Shown: positions 47,080 through 57,783, counted from the stretch's first letter. The stretch is 64,000 nt of DNA from an uncultured Candidatus Saccharibacteria bacterium (GCA_964515375.1 CAZERF010000002.1:93164-157163); one strand, 5' to 3'. Made by a program: numbers and translations. The notes: generated by a model from the letters alone, not told the origin.

Positions 47080-47344
47080 TTTCTCCAAATCCCCCTTGAT
47101 CTGTGGCCAATCAAGGGTTCTGAATACGTCCCGATGGTGGCCCAGCGAGCTTCTTGAGAAAACCCCAAAAGGGGTTTTCCCTTTTTCGCTGGGTGCCTAA
47201 GCAAGGTAACTGTTTGCCTTTTAGGGATGGAGCACAAAGACAATACCTTCCTTCTTGAGACACCACTCCTGCGGGTGAAAAATGAATAAATGCAGAAATT
47301 GGTCGCCCTTTTGTGGCGCGAACTTTTTATGGGATAGTTGAAGT

Positions 47345-47896
47345 ATGAACTATCTTGCAACTCTAAAAGATAAAGATGTCTTTCCCAACAAAACTTTCCC
47401 TGAAGTACTCGAGTGGTCGGAGCGTAAGACCGTGAAGGTCATTTTGAGAAACGAGAAAGGAGAGATCGCACTTGTGACCAATCCTATCCATAAATGCCAC
47501 CTCCTCCCCGGGGGAGGTGTCGATGAGGGTGAAGACATACTGCATGCTGGCGACCGAGAGTGTCGCGAAGAGGTGAAATATTCGATTGGCGTGGTGGAAG
47601 AAATCGGCGTTATTGAAGAGTATCATGCTCGGGATGGGAAGCATTACGAAACGCATGGGCTCATTGCGAATGCAAAAGATCACATTCCCGAAGACTTAAG
47701 GACGGAAGATGAAAAGAAGAACGAGCTTTCGGTCGAGTGGCATGCGCCAAAAGATGCTCTGGCACTGTTTGAGGCACAGAGAAAACGCCTCGAAGCGGGA
47801 GAGGTAGACTTTTACAATACTGGATTCAACATCATCAGAGACAAGCTATTTTTTGACCGCACAGTGGAAGCAGGACATATCATTCTCGGTTCATGA
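47345..47896 (+). CDS. NUDIX hydrolase
   Basis: LPGGGVDEGEDILHAGDRECREEV (Nudix box). Confidence 0.9.
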   Translation: MNYLATLKDKDVFPNKTFPEVLEWSERKTVKVILRNEKGEIALVTNPIHKCHLLPGGGVDEGEDILHAGDRECREEVKYSIGVVEEIGVIEEYHARDGKHYETHGLIANAKDHIPEDLRTEDEKKNELSVEWHAPKDALALFEAQRKRLEAGEVDFYNTGFNIIRDKLFFDRTVEAGHIILGS

Positions 47897-48108
47897 CCGG
47901 ATTGGTTCGAATCCCCTTACTCCACCCGATGCAGAGACCCAAGAAGTGACCTGGAAGAGTTGTTTTTTTTGGTAAGAAAATTTCTAAACCCCAGACTGGT
48001 TCTGTTCTGTGAATGCTATCTTTCCATCATTTACAAACGTGGCGAGGCACATACGCACACGCGAAGCAGCGAATGTGTTCTTTAATTTGGAACTGGTATA
48101 CTTAAAAG

Positions 48109-48585
48109 ATGAGAAAACGAACTACCTTTTTGGCCCTGCTATTTTTGTTGCTGATCTTTGCTGTATATTCTGCCTCACCGAGTGGTCGTTTGTGGATAAA
48201 GAATTTAGGACAAGAACGAACGGAATACAATTTTATTTATGCTTATGATTGGGAGTGGAACAATACGGGGAATTCTCCGTACAAGATAGAAGGTAATAAA
48301 ATTTTATATACATCATCTAGTACGCCTAATCCCTATCTCTTTAATGTTGCAAAAGAGGTAGGCAAGAGTATACCTGTTGACGCGATTCAAAGTCTCCGGA
48401 TTTCCGAGGATCTCGTTTCTCCTGATGGGTTTGTATTTATTCGTGAATATTTGCCCTGCGATCAAAATGGACAGTGCCCTCATATTTATTTACGGAATGT
48501 AGCTTCGGGAAATCAGCGAGAAATAGATTTACCCCCTATTGAGTTTATTGGCGGACCACACTTTGTAGGGTGGATTATTCCATAA
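48109..48585 (+). CDS. Hypothetical exported protein
   Basis: N-terminal signal/TM; VSPDGF..FVGWI. Confidence 0.75.
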   Translation: MRKRTTFLALLFLLLIFAVYSASPSGRLWIKNLGQERTEYNFIYAYDWEWNNTGNSPYKIEGNKILYTSSSTPNPYLFNVAKEVGKSIPVDAIQSLRISEDLVSPDGFVFIREYLPCDQNGQCPHIYLRNVASGNQREIDLPPIEFIGGPHFVGWIIP

Positions 48586-48680
48586 TTATCGGGCACCGTT
48601 TCAGCCTCGTCCTGGCAGGTACCCCTGATGCAGAGACCTAAGAGGCAACCCGGAAGAGCTGAATGCTCTTGAAAATCAAC

Positions 48681-50654
48681 ATGAAAAGAGAATATTATTC
48701 TGATTCGATTGCTAGTTTTTTAAGAACAGAATCAGATGTGATTCTTGGTATTTTGGTTAGAAATAATGATTTTAATCTAGAGCAGACACAGCGAGATTCA
48801 TGGCTCGAGGAAATAGTGATTCTCAAGAAAGCACTCGAGTGTTTTGAGGGCTCAATATATTTTGAATATTCTATCCCAAGAATGGGGAAACGAATTGATG
48901 TTGTATTGATTGTTGGAACAGCCGTATTTGTTCTCGAGTTTAAAATTGGAGAAAAGGAATATACATCGTACGCGATAGATCAGGTTTGGGATTATGCTCT
49001 CGACTTAAAAAACTTTCATAGTTCAAGCCATAAGCACTATATTGCTCCAATACTTATTGCTACAAACGCAAAATCAACTATACAAATCCCCGTTCTAACT
49101 CCTCAAAATGACAAGGTCTTGTTTCCAATAAAGACAAACGCAGATGGAATAAAAAATTCCATAGATAATGTGCTTGCTTTTTTAGATGGCGAGAACATAA
49201 AAAATGAGGAATGGGAAAAGGGTAGGTATTGTCCAACCCCCACAATCGTGGAGGCAGCAATGGCACTTTATCGTGGTCACTCGGTTGAAAATATTTCTCG
49301 AAGCGATGCTGGGGCAATAAATCTGACACAAACATCAAAAGTTGTATCGGAAATAATCGAGTTGTCAAAACAAACTCACAAAAAATCAATTTGTTTTGTG
49401 ACTGGAGTTCCAGGTGCAGGAAAAACATTAGTTGGGCTTAATATTGCGAATAAGCATATTGATAAAGACAATGATTTATATAGTGTATTTCTTTCTGGAA
49501 ACGGACCACTTGTTGCTATATTGCGAGAGGCACTCACGCGCGACAAAGTTGCTCATGAAAAAGAAAAGGGAAACAAAATTACCAAAGGTGAGGCAATGCG
49601 TGATGTAAAGTTGTTTATTCAGAATGTTCACAATTTTCGTGATGAGTGCCTTAACGATGAAAAGCCACCGCTTGAACACGTTGCACTTTTTGACGAAGCA
49701 CAGCGAGCTTGGAACATAGAGCAGACAGCAAACTTTATGTTAAGAAAAAGGCATAGACCAGGGTTTAGTCAATCAGAACCAGAATTCTTGATCTCTTGCC
49801 TGGATAGACATAATGATTGGGCTGCCGTGGTTTGTCTTGTTGGTGGGGGCCAAGAGATAAATACGGGTGAGGCGGGGATCGGTGAATGGATAGAATGTCT
49901 AAATCGTTCGTTCCCTGATTGGAATATTTATATATCATCCCGTCTCACCGACAGTGAGTATGGAGCGGGAAGGGTTTTAGGAGAAATTGCATCTCGCAAA
50001 AATGTTTTTACAAGGGATGAATTGCATCTATCCGTATCAATGCGCTCGTTTCGAGCAGAACATGTTTCTTTGTTGGTAAAACAGATTTTGGACATGGATG
50101 TCACAGGGGCGAAAAGTACCCTGAAAAAAGTTGAGGCGAGGTATCCCATAGTAATTACTCGAGATGTTTCTAAGGCAAAAGAGTGGCTCAAGAACCAGGC
50201 ACGAGGCTCAGAGCGATATGGAATGATGGTGTCGTCGCAAGCAGAAAGATTAAAGCCTTATGCGATATTTGTAAAATCAACAACAGACCCAATCCATTTG
50301 TTTTTGGATGAAAAAGATGACGTTCGGTCATCGTACTATCTTGAAGATGTTGCTACTGAGTTTGATATACAAGGCCTCGAGTTAGACTGGTCGTGCGTTG
50401 TTTGGGATGCTGATTTTAGATACACAAAAGATGGATGGGAGCATCGCTCATTTGTGGGTAGTAAATGGAACAAAATAAATAAGGTTGAGCGACAAATGTA
50501 CCTCAAGAACGCTTATCGTGTTTTACTTACGCGCGCCAGGCAGGGAATGGTAATAGTTGTACCGCTGGGTGACAAGGAAGATTCGACACGCAACCCAGAC
50601 TTCTATGATCCGACATTTCGGTATCTCAAGGAAATTGGACTAACGGAAATATAA
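48681..50654 (+). CDS. DUF2075-like (Schlafen group 3-type) helicase with an N-terminal nuclease-like domain
   Basis: [18 protein letters not shown]; Walker A GVPGAGKT; FDEAQRAW; IQGLELDW; [14 protein letters not shown]. Confidence 0.9.
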   Translation: MKREYYSDSIASFLRTESDVILGILVRNNDFNLEQTQRDSWLEEIVILKKALECFEGSIYFEYSIPRMGKRIDVVLIVGTAVFVLEFKIGEKEYTSYAIDQVWDYALDLKNFHSSSHKHYIAPILIATNAKSTIQIPVLTPQNDKVLFPIKTNADGIKNSIDNVLAFLDGENIKNEEWEKGRYCPTPTIVEAAMALYRGHSVENISRSDAGAINLTQTSKVVSEIIELSKQTHKKSICFVTGVPGAGKTLVGLNIANKHIDKDNDLYSVFLSGNGPLVAILREALTRDKVAHEKEKGNKITKGEAMRDVKLFIQNVHNFRDECLNDEKPPLEHVALFDEAQRAWNIEQTANFMLRKRHRPGFSQSEPEFLISCLDRHNDWAAVVCLVGGGQEINTGEAGIGEWIECLNRSFPDWNIYISSRLTDSEYGAGRVLGEIASRKNVFTRDELHLSVSMRSFRAEHVSLLVKQILDMDVTGAKSTLKKVEARYPIVITRDVSKAKEWLKNQARGSERYGMMVSSQAERLKPYAIFVKSTTDPIHLFLDEKDDVRSSYYLEDVATEFDIQGLELDWSCVVWDADFRYTKDGWEHRSFVGSKWNKINKVERQMYLKNAYRVLLTRARQGMVIVVPLGDKEDSTRNPDFYDPTFRYLKEIGLTEI

Positions 50655-50873
50655 CAATGCAACGAAACTTAACACCGACCGAGAAGCCCTTCTGTTTACG
50701 ATAAGCAGGAGCGCAAAGAACCTTTTCGAGCCGATTATATTCCTCCAATAGCGAAGGATATGCTTTTTCTATTGGAACGAACTATTCATTGTGACCGGTG
50801 GTCGTGGTGGTTGAGCGTACCAGATCACAAAAAAAAGACCGCTAGAGCGGTCTTTTTTATGGCATTTGTTCTC

Positions 50874-51410
50874 TTAGCTAAAGAGTCCCTTCATGAAGTC
50901 GAGGACCGCACGGACGGCCTTCTCTCCTGTCGAGCTCGACGTGTACTCGACGGTCATCTTTGTGAAGTTGAGTGAAACACTCTCGGTCGGTTCGTCCCCA
51001 CCCGCGGAGACCTCATAGCTCGTGCAACGTACACCCTCGAGTTTGTATGTAAGGTATTGTTCCGCACGATCTCCACTCGTTCGGCGCATTGTGATCACGG
51101 CGTCCTTGATGTGCTCTCCCGAAGCGCAGCGCTTCATGAGGAGAGGGGAGGACTTGTCGTATCGTTTGGTAAAGGAAAGGTCCTGCACATTGACCTTCCC
51201 GGCCCCGCCTCCGCTTCCGGTCGACATGGAGCTCGAATTGCTCATGCCCCAGCTCCACGAGGAGATCTCGATCTCGCCTTTGTGTTGTTCGTGAGTAGAT
51301 TCGCCCTCCACTCCGTTCATCTTGAGGAAATAATCCGATGCCGCGAGTGCAAACATCGGCGTTGCGAATAATGCCGCTCCGGAGAGCGCTGCAATGATAG
51401 CGTTGCGCAT
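50874..51410 (-). CDS. hcp: Type VI secretion tube protein Hcp homolog with an N-terminal signal peptide
   Basis: DYFLKMNGVEGES..HKGEIEISSWSWG..GKVNVQDLSFTKRYDKSSPLL..CASGEHI..ESVSLNF; preceded by MRNAIIAALSGAALFATPMFALA. Confidence 0.9.
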   Translation of the reverse strand: MRNAIIAALSGAALFATPMFALAASDYFLKMNGVEGESTHEQHKGEIEISSWSWGMSNSSSMSTGSGGGAGKVNVQDLSFTKRYDKSSPLLMKRCASGEHIKDAVITMRRTSGDRAEQYLTYKLEGVRCTSYEVSAGGDEPTESVSLNFTKMTVEYTSSSTGEKAVRAVLDFMKGLFS

Positions 51411-51561
51411 ATGATGATCTTCTAGAGATTCTAAATAATGAAAAACTTCGCGCGCCGAGCATGGCCCAGCCGTATATTCAGTATAGAACTGCCGAAAGTG
51501 GTGTCAATGTGGAATTTTTCATTGGTATTCCTTGTCTTCTGGGAATGGTATACTGACCCAT

Positions 51562-52287
51562 ATGCTCAATGTCACCCAACTTACCAAAACATTTGGAGCA
51601 AAGATCGCCGCGAGCGACGTTTCTTTCACGATCGCGCCGGGCGAGATCTTTGCGCTTATCGGCCCTAATAGCTCGGGAAAGACGACCATCGTGAAGTCGA
51701 TCCTCGGGATGCTTGCGTTTGAGAAAGGAACGATCACTGTCGACAATATCGACGTGGCCAAGAACCCTGTCGGAGCAAAGGCGCGAATCGGATATATTCC
51801 GGACGAACCTGTCGTGTGGAGCGGAATGACCGGGGAAGAATTCTTGCATTTCGTCAGTGCGCTTTATGATGTTTCACCGGCGACACGCGCCGAACGCATC
51901 GCGCGTATACTCCCCATCTTTCGTCTCGAAGGTATCGAAAAGGAATATTTTACCGCATACTCACGCGGTAATAAACAAAAATTCAGTATCCTTTCGGCGC
52001 TTGTCCATGAACCGAAACTTCTTCTTATTGACGAGCCGATCGTCGGACTTGACCCGGAAAGCGCGGCGATCGCGAAGGGCGAGTTTGTGCGCTTTGCGAA
52101 GGATGGAGGTGCTGTACTCCTCGTTACACACACGCTCTCCGTTGCAGAGGAGATCGCACATCGTATCGGTGTGCTCAAAGAAGGAAAACTTCTCGCGGTC
52201 GGAACATTCGCGGAGCTGCGCGATCTCGCCGGTCTTGGCACCAGCGCATCGCTTGAGGAGGTTTATACGCGTCTCACTACACGTTGA
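51562..52287 (+). CDS. ABC transporter ATP-binding protein
   Basis: GPNSSGKTT, YSRGNKQK, LIDEPIVGLD, VTH. Confidence 0.95.
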   Translation: MLNVTQLTKTFGAKIAASDVSFTIAPGEIFALIGPNSSGKTTIVKSILGMLAFEKGTITVDNIDVAKNPVGAKARIGYIPDEPVVWSGMTGEEFLHFVSALYDVSPATRAERIARILPIFRLEGIEKEYFTAYSRGNKQKFSILSALVHEPKLLLIDEPIVGLDPESAAIAKGEFVRFAKDGGAVLLVTHTLSVAEEIAHRIGVLKEGKLLAVGTFAELRDLAGLGTSASLEEVYTRLTTR

Positions 52288-53936
52288 TCATGTTCTTTCG
52301 TGAATTTCTTTCATTTCGCGCGCGGGCGCTTCGACGCTCTTTTGCGGAGAACCGCACGGCGAAGATCCTCACGATCTTGGGGTTCGTCGGGGCGCTCGGC
52401 GTGCTGATGCGTATTGTCTACGAACTCTTTTGGTACGGTTTTCGCTATCTTGCCAAGGATCCGTTCTTCGGTGACGCGCTCACGCTCTATATCGTGGAGC
52501 TCTTTCTTCTTGTCTCCTTTGGTCTTGTGCTTCTTTCCGCGCTCGCAAGCGGTGCGTTCACGCTCTTTCGTGCTCCAGATGACGCGCTCATCATGGCTTC
52601 GCCCCATCACGCTTCTCGTGTCGGAATGGTGGCGGGACGTATGGTCCTCTCGTCGCTCTGGCCTTTGCTTGTAGTGATCATTCCCGCTCTGCTTGCGCTC
52701 GATCGCGTCTTCGGGATCTCGCTTGTTGGCTCTTTTCTTGCGCTCGCATCGGTCACGCTTCTCGTTGCGCTTGCGGTTGTCCTCGCGATTTTGTCGCTCT
52801 TTGTGGTCGGGATCTTGCTCGCGCGTATAGGACTCTTTTCATCACGTCGCGTTGCGTTCGCCACAGGGGGGCTCTTTGCCATCGCATCGCTTTTTGCGTG
52901 GGCACGGTTTCGCGCGCTTGACCTTGTGCAATTCTTTCAGGCGAGAATGATCGACCTTGCCGTTCCTGACCTTTCCCCGATCATACTCCAGTTTCGTGTC
53001 TTCCCTTCACATTTCACTGCGCAAACGATCATTGCGTCGATCGCTGAAGATCTTCCCGGCGCGCTCCTCCCGCTCTGCTTTCTCGCGCTCCTCTTCCTTG
53101 TGGCGTTTGTCGCGCTTACCCTCCTTCGTTCGCACTATCTGTCACTCTGGCAAAGAGGGGAGGAACGCAACTCGAACACTCGTTTTGCTTCGTTGCCCTT
53201 CGCGTCACTCATCCCCCTTGCACGCTCCGCTCGAGGCGCGCTCCTCAAGAAGGAAGTTGTCGCGTTCATTCGCAATACGCGCGGGATGTTGTGGTTCTGG
53301 TTCATTCTCTTTATTTGGCTCCTCCAGGTCGGGGCGAGTCGTGTCATGATCGCGGGCATTTCGAGTGAACCGGTCGCTGCGGGCGACATGCCTGCGATCG
53401 TCGGGGTGCTCCAGTTCATTTCCGTGCTCTACTTTGTCACAATGTTCGTTTTGCGTTTCGTCTTCCCGTCCTTCTCCGCGGAGCGTTCGACGTCCTGGAT
53501 CGCCGCAATGTCGCCGGTCGCCTTGCGCGAGATCTTTGTCGCGAAACTGGTCTTCTTTGGGGGCATCTTCACCTCCTTCGCGCTTTTCTTTGCACTCGTG
53601 AATGTGTGGGCGCTTGGACTTCCGCTCGAGGCTGATCTTCCTGTGCTCGCAATGATGATCATCGGAACACTCTTGATCACGACATTTGGACTGGCATTGT
53701 CGGCGATGTTTCCGAATACGGAGACTGATGATCCTGAACGCTTGAGCACAACACTTCCTGGTATCGGCTTCATGCTTGGCGCTCTTGTGCTGATCGGTGT
53801 CGGCGCCTTCTCTGTCCATCAGTATGTATCCGCCGTAAGTCCGCTCCCATACATCGCATTCCTCTTTGGAGGCATCGTTGCAATTCTTCTTTTGGTAGCA
53901 CGCGCGCGCGAGGCGCTTGATCGACCGATCATCTAG
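52284..53936 (+). CDS. ABC-2 type exporter permease
   Basis: Many TM helices; overlaps the ATPase stop; FPSFSAER. Confidence 0.85.
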   Translation: MIMFFREFLSFRARALRRSFAENRTAKILTILGFVGALGVLMRIVYELFWYGFRYLAKDPFFGDALTLYIVELFLLVSFGLVLLSALASGAFTLFRAPDDALIMASPHHASRVGMVAGRMVLSSLWPLLVVIIPALLALDRVFGISLVGSFLALASVTLLVALAVVLAILSLFVVGILLARIGLFSSRRVAFATGGLFAIASLFAWARFRALDLVQFFQARMIDLAVPDLSPIILQFRVFPSHFTAQTIIASIAEDLPGALLPLCFLALLFLVAFVALTLLRSHYLSLWQRGEERNSNTRFASLPFASLIPLARSARGALLKKEVVAFIRNTRGMLWFWFILFIWLLQVGASRVMIAGISSEPVAAGDMPAIVGVLQFISVLYFVTMFVLRFVFPSFSAERSTSWIAAMSPVALREIFVAKLVFFGGIFTSFALFFALVNVWALGLPLEADLPVLAMMIIGTLLITTFGLALSAMFPNTETDDPERLSTTLPGIGFMLGALVLIGVGAFSVHQYVSAVSPLPYIAFLFGGIVAILLLVARAREALDRPII

Positions 53937-53964
53937 TCCATTATTCTTTCATTCGTTCAATACC

Positions 53965-54771
53965 ATGAAAAAAGATATTGTGCTTGTTGGTTCATTTGGC
54001 GCATTGCTCATTGTTGCCGTTCTTGTTGCGGTATCGTGGGGTGGCTCGAATGCGCGCCCCGTTCCCCTCGCTCCTCTCGAGGAAGATCCGGCGCAAGCCC
54101 CCGGTGAGGTTATCGTGGACGACGGAAAGATGAGTCTTCCGCTCAGTAAGAGCGGTACTCTTGAGGGTATTACCCTCACCCCGATCTTGATCGAAGAAGA
54201 TAGTCGCTGTCCTTTGGGAGTGAATTGTATTCAGGCCGGAATCGTTCGCGTGCGCACTGTCGTCGAAGGCGCCTCAGGAGCGTATGAACATGTGTTTATG
54301 CTTGGTGAGCCGTTCATTGTGGAGGGCAGGGCGATCACACTGCTTGAAGTATCTCCCGAACCTCTCCCGGATAAGGGGATGATATTGAATGAGTATCGCT
54401 TTGTGTTTGGTGTCGAGTCACGCGCACTTTCGTATGAGAATGCGTCGGAGGACCTCATCAGGGTCTCGACTCCTACACCGGGCGCGGTGACCGGCAAGGA
54501 ATTTCTTGTGAAGGGTGAAGCGCGCGGAACGTGGTTCTTTGAAGCGTCGTTTCCCATCGAAGTGCTTGATCAGAACGGAGCGAGGATCGCGATCGCGATC
54601 GCGCAGGCGGAAGGGGATTGGATGACGACGGAGTTCGTGCCTTTTTCCGCGACAGTGCGCGTCCCTGAAACATATATTGGTCCCGCGATCATCGTTTTGC
54701 GCAAGGACAATCCTTCCGGACTTCCCGAACACGACGCCTCAGCATCCTCTCCGATCACGATCGAATACTAA
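53965..54771 (+). CDS. Membrane-anchored protein with a Gmad2 Ig-like domain
   Basis: EDSRCPLGVNCIQAG; VKGEARGTWFFEASFPIEV..WMTTEFVPF..KDNPSGLPE. Confidence 0.85.
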   Translation: MKKDIVLVGSFGALLIVAVLVAVSWGGSNARPVPLAPLEEDPAQAPGEVIVDDGKMSLPLSKSGTLEGITLTPILIEEDSRCPLGVNCIQAGIVRVRTVVEGASGAYEHVFMLGEPFIVEGRAITLLEVSPEPLPDKGMILNEYRFVFGVESRALSYENASEDLIRVSTPTPGAVTGKEFLVKGEARGTWFFEASFPIEVLDQNGARIAIAIAQAEGDWMTTEFVPFSATVRVPETYIGPAIIVLRKDNPSGLPEHDASASSPITIEY

Positions 54772-54893
54772 GACAACATTGGGCTCGCAAAAACACCCGC
54801 AGTCGCGGGTGTTTTTTTGTTCGAGCTTGTCACATAACCCATGATCCACTGCAATTTTATAGTTTCGTGAGGATCATGTTGTTGAACAGAATC

Positions 54894-55853
54894 TTAGAGC
54901 GTCTCGCGGGTGAGAAGGAGAATGAGGTAGAGTACATAGAGCGCGACCATGATCCCTCCTTGCCAGCGTTCGAGTTCAAAGCGTTTGCCGATGAACATGA
55001 TCGCGAAGAGAAGCGCCCCGGAGAGAAGGAGCATTCCTTCGTCCAAGAAGGATACCGTTCCGATGGGGATCGGTGCGATCAGTGCGGAGATTCCGAGCAC
55101 AAAGAAGACGTTGAATATATTCGATCCAATGATATTGCCGACCGCAATGTTGGCATTGCCACGATACGCTGCGACGCTTGAGGTGATGAGTTCGGGGAGC
55201 GACGTACCGATCGCGACAATAGTGAGACCAATGACGGTCTCGGAAAGTCCGAAGAGTTGCGCGACGTCAACTGCGCCACTGACAACAAGTTTGCCTCCGA
55301 GCACAAGCCCGACAAGTCCAAGGATGATCTCGATGATCGTTCTATTGAGCGGAAGTGTGTCGGAGAGCTCTCCTTCGGGAAATCCTGTTGTTTTGATCAT
55401 GGAAAAAACATACGAAAGAAAGATCGCAAAGAAGCAGAGCAGAACGATTCCGTCGACGCGATCGAGCATCGAGAATTCGTGACCGGAAAGTAGACGATCG
55501 CTCACCATTGCACTGAGCACTACACCAGCAAGAAATCCCATGGGAATCTCTTTCCAGACTGTTTGATGGGTGACCATGAGTGGTCGTATCATTGCGGAGA
55601 TTCCAAGGATGAGAAAGATGTTTGCGATATTCGATCCGACGATGTTGCCGAGGACGATCCCGGTATTGCCGGAGAATGAACCAAACACATTGACGGTGAG
55701 TTCCGGAAGAGAGGTTCCAAAGGCAACGACCGTGAGTCCGATCGCCATGTCGGAGATCTTGAGGCGTTTTCCAAGTGATGTCGCGCCGCGAATGAGCTTG
55801 TCCGCACCTTGAATGAGGAGGTAGAAACCTCCGATAATGAAAATGAATGGCAT
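54894..55853 (-). CDS. Calcium/sodium antiporter (YrbG family)
   Basis: Duplicated GLTVVAFGTSLPE...GNIVGSNIAN motifs. Confidence 0.95.
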   Translation of the reverse strand: MPFIFIIGGFYLLIQGADKLIRGATSLGKRLKISDMAIGLTVVAFGTSLPELTVNVFGSFSGNTGIVLGNIVGSNIANIFLILGISAMIRPLMVTHQTVWKEIPMGFLAGVVLSAMVSDRLLSGHEFSMLDRVDGIVLLCFFAIFLSYVFSMIKTTGFPEGELSDTLPLNRTIIEIILGLVGLVLGGKLVVSGAVDVAQLFGLSETVIGLTIVAIGTSLPELITSSVAAYRGNANIAVGNIIGSNIFNVFFVLGISALIAPIPIGTVSFLDEGMLLLSGALLFAIMFIGKRFELERWQGGIMVALYVLYLILLLTRETL

Positions 55854-56011
55854 ACAGGGTTGAGTGTAGCATTTTTTACCCCTACTGCACGAGGTGTTTG
55901 AACAGGTCGGGAAGTGATGGACAAATATTCTATTTTGATGTATAATGTATATATAGATCGTTCTTCGTGTTTTTTACTCCTCCTCTTTGTATTTTTAATA
56001 ATTTCACTACC

Positions 56012-57127
56012 ATGCGTATGTTTTCACGCTTTTTGTTCGCGTTTCTTGCGACATTCATGTTTGTTGCGGCTCCCGCGTTCGCGCAGGTCGCCGAACCTGT
56101 GCCGCTTTTGGTATCCGTCACGGCGGATACCTCCTTCACTCGTTCGTATACATGGTCGATCGTGAAGGTGGTCACCCCTACCGCGCTCACTCTTTCTGTC
56201 GGCGAGACATGAGATGTTGAGTACGTTGTCACTGTTGACCGGGAGGACCAGGCGGAGACTTTGTTTGCAGTGAGCGGCACGGTGACGATCGTGAATCCAA
56301 ATCCGGTCGCGGCAAACGTAACCGCGATCACACTCACTCAGGGCACTCTTGTTTGCCCTGGGGAATTTTCGGACGGAACCGGATCTCTCGAACCGCAGGG
56401 AACGCTTGTGTGTACCTACACCGCAACCTTTTCTGACGCGACAACACAAACGATCCTTGCGAGCGTAATGACTCGTGGCGATATTACCGGAGCGAGCGGG
56501 TCGGCTACTGCCGTCTTTGGTCTACCGACAACGATCCGCAATGGGTCGGTTGCGGTCACCGATTCTCTCAAGGGTTTTTTGGGAACTGTTTCTGATGATC
56601 ATTCCTTCACGTATACATCTCAGGTCGGACCATATTTGTCCGCGGGAACATACCCGATCGACAACGTCGCGACATATACGACGAACACGAATGAGAAGAA
56701 GGGAAGCGCTTCCGCTCGCGTGACGGTGACGGTCGTCGCTCCCTCGGGACCGGGTTGCACGCTGACACAAGGGTACTGGAAGAATCATCTCACTCATTCC
56801 GCATGGAGTATGATCGGTCTTTCTCCGGCGTTCTATCAAAGCGGGCAGACCTCTCATGAAGTCATGCGCCCGCAAGGAAAGCAGGAGAGTGCGTACTACC
56901 AGCTTGCGCGGCAATACGTCGCCGCGCGATTGAATGAGGCGAGTGGCGCGGACGTGAGTGCTGTCGGCGGGACACTTGCCGATGCGCATGCGCTCTTCTC
57001 GCTCTATTCTCCGGCCACCTTTGTGAACAAAAAGGGAAGCGATCCGATTCGCGCGGAGTTTGTCACGCTTGCCGGCATCCTCGCATCGTGGAATGAAGGG
57101 GTGACCGGTCCCGGACACTGCGACTAA
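56012..57127 (+). pseudogene. Secreted beta-rich protein interrupted by one in-frame TGA (56210-56212)
   Basis: Signal peptide ending PAFA, then LSVGET*DVEYVVTVDR continues in the same frame into ORF 56261-57127 (CTLTQGYWKNH..LARQYVAARLN). Confidence 0.75.
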
Positions 57128-57188
57128 TCGGTCCTTGTGCGCAAAAAACACACTCCCGTGGTGGAGTGTGTTTTTTTTGTGCTGAATT

Positions 57189-57560
57189 TTAGAGTGTGAA
57201 GTAGAGTGCGTAGGCCTCTTCGTCCGTGCTTGCGTGAGGAAGTTCGTCCGAAACACCTTCACCCCAGATGATCCCCTTGTCGGTGACCCACCAGTAGGCG
57301 TCTCCGATCGCGAATTTCCAAATGCGAATACCTTCATACGCGTTGCGTGTGAGCGAAAGCGTGTTGCCGTCTTCGAGAGAGAATTCCGATGCGGTCGCAG
57401 GGTCTTCTTCTGTCATGAGCGGGGCGGGGTGTTGCACACTCCGGATATTCTCATTCGTGAACTCGGTCGCAGCATACGCTGTCCCAGAGAGAAGGGAGCA
57501 GAACGCAAGTGTTGAACAAAATACCCCGAAGTGTCGGATGTGTTTTTGAAAATGGTCCAT
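57189..57560 (-). CDS. Hypothetical exported protein
   Basis: Signal peptide ending TAYA. Confidence 0.65.
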   Translation of the reverse strand: MDHFQKHIRHFGVFCSTLAFCSLLSGTAYAATEFTNENIRSVQHPAPLMTEEDPATASEFSLEDGNTLSLTRNAYEGIRIWKFAIGDAYWWVTDKGIIWGEGVSDELPHASTDEEAYALYFTL

Positions 57561-57783
57561 GTTAACTATTTTTTGATAAAAGAGGAACAAGTGTTGTTTG
57601 TTCCGAGAAAAGAGGGACTTATTGCGGCCCCGTTGAGAGCATTGCTTTTCTTGTTCTACTCTTGTTTCACCGAAAGTCAAACAACGAAAACGCTTGCGTT
57701 GCGCTCTCTTTTTGGGCGAGATATAGTGAATGATAGTACTGCTCTCCCGTGTTTGGTTTGTTCTACTCGCTAACTATTTTCCT

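Noticed and set aside
50874-51410. Type VI secretion system locus
   Set aside because: No other T6SS component lies in the window.
56210-56212. TGA reassignment (genetic code 25 or 4)
   Set aside because: Conserved genes such as yeaG, yeaH, dedA and nhaD end properly at TGA, and no other long gene is broken by one.
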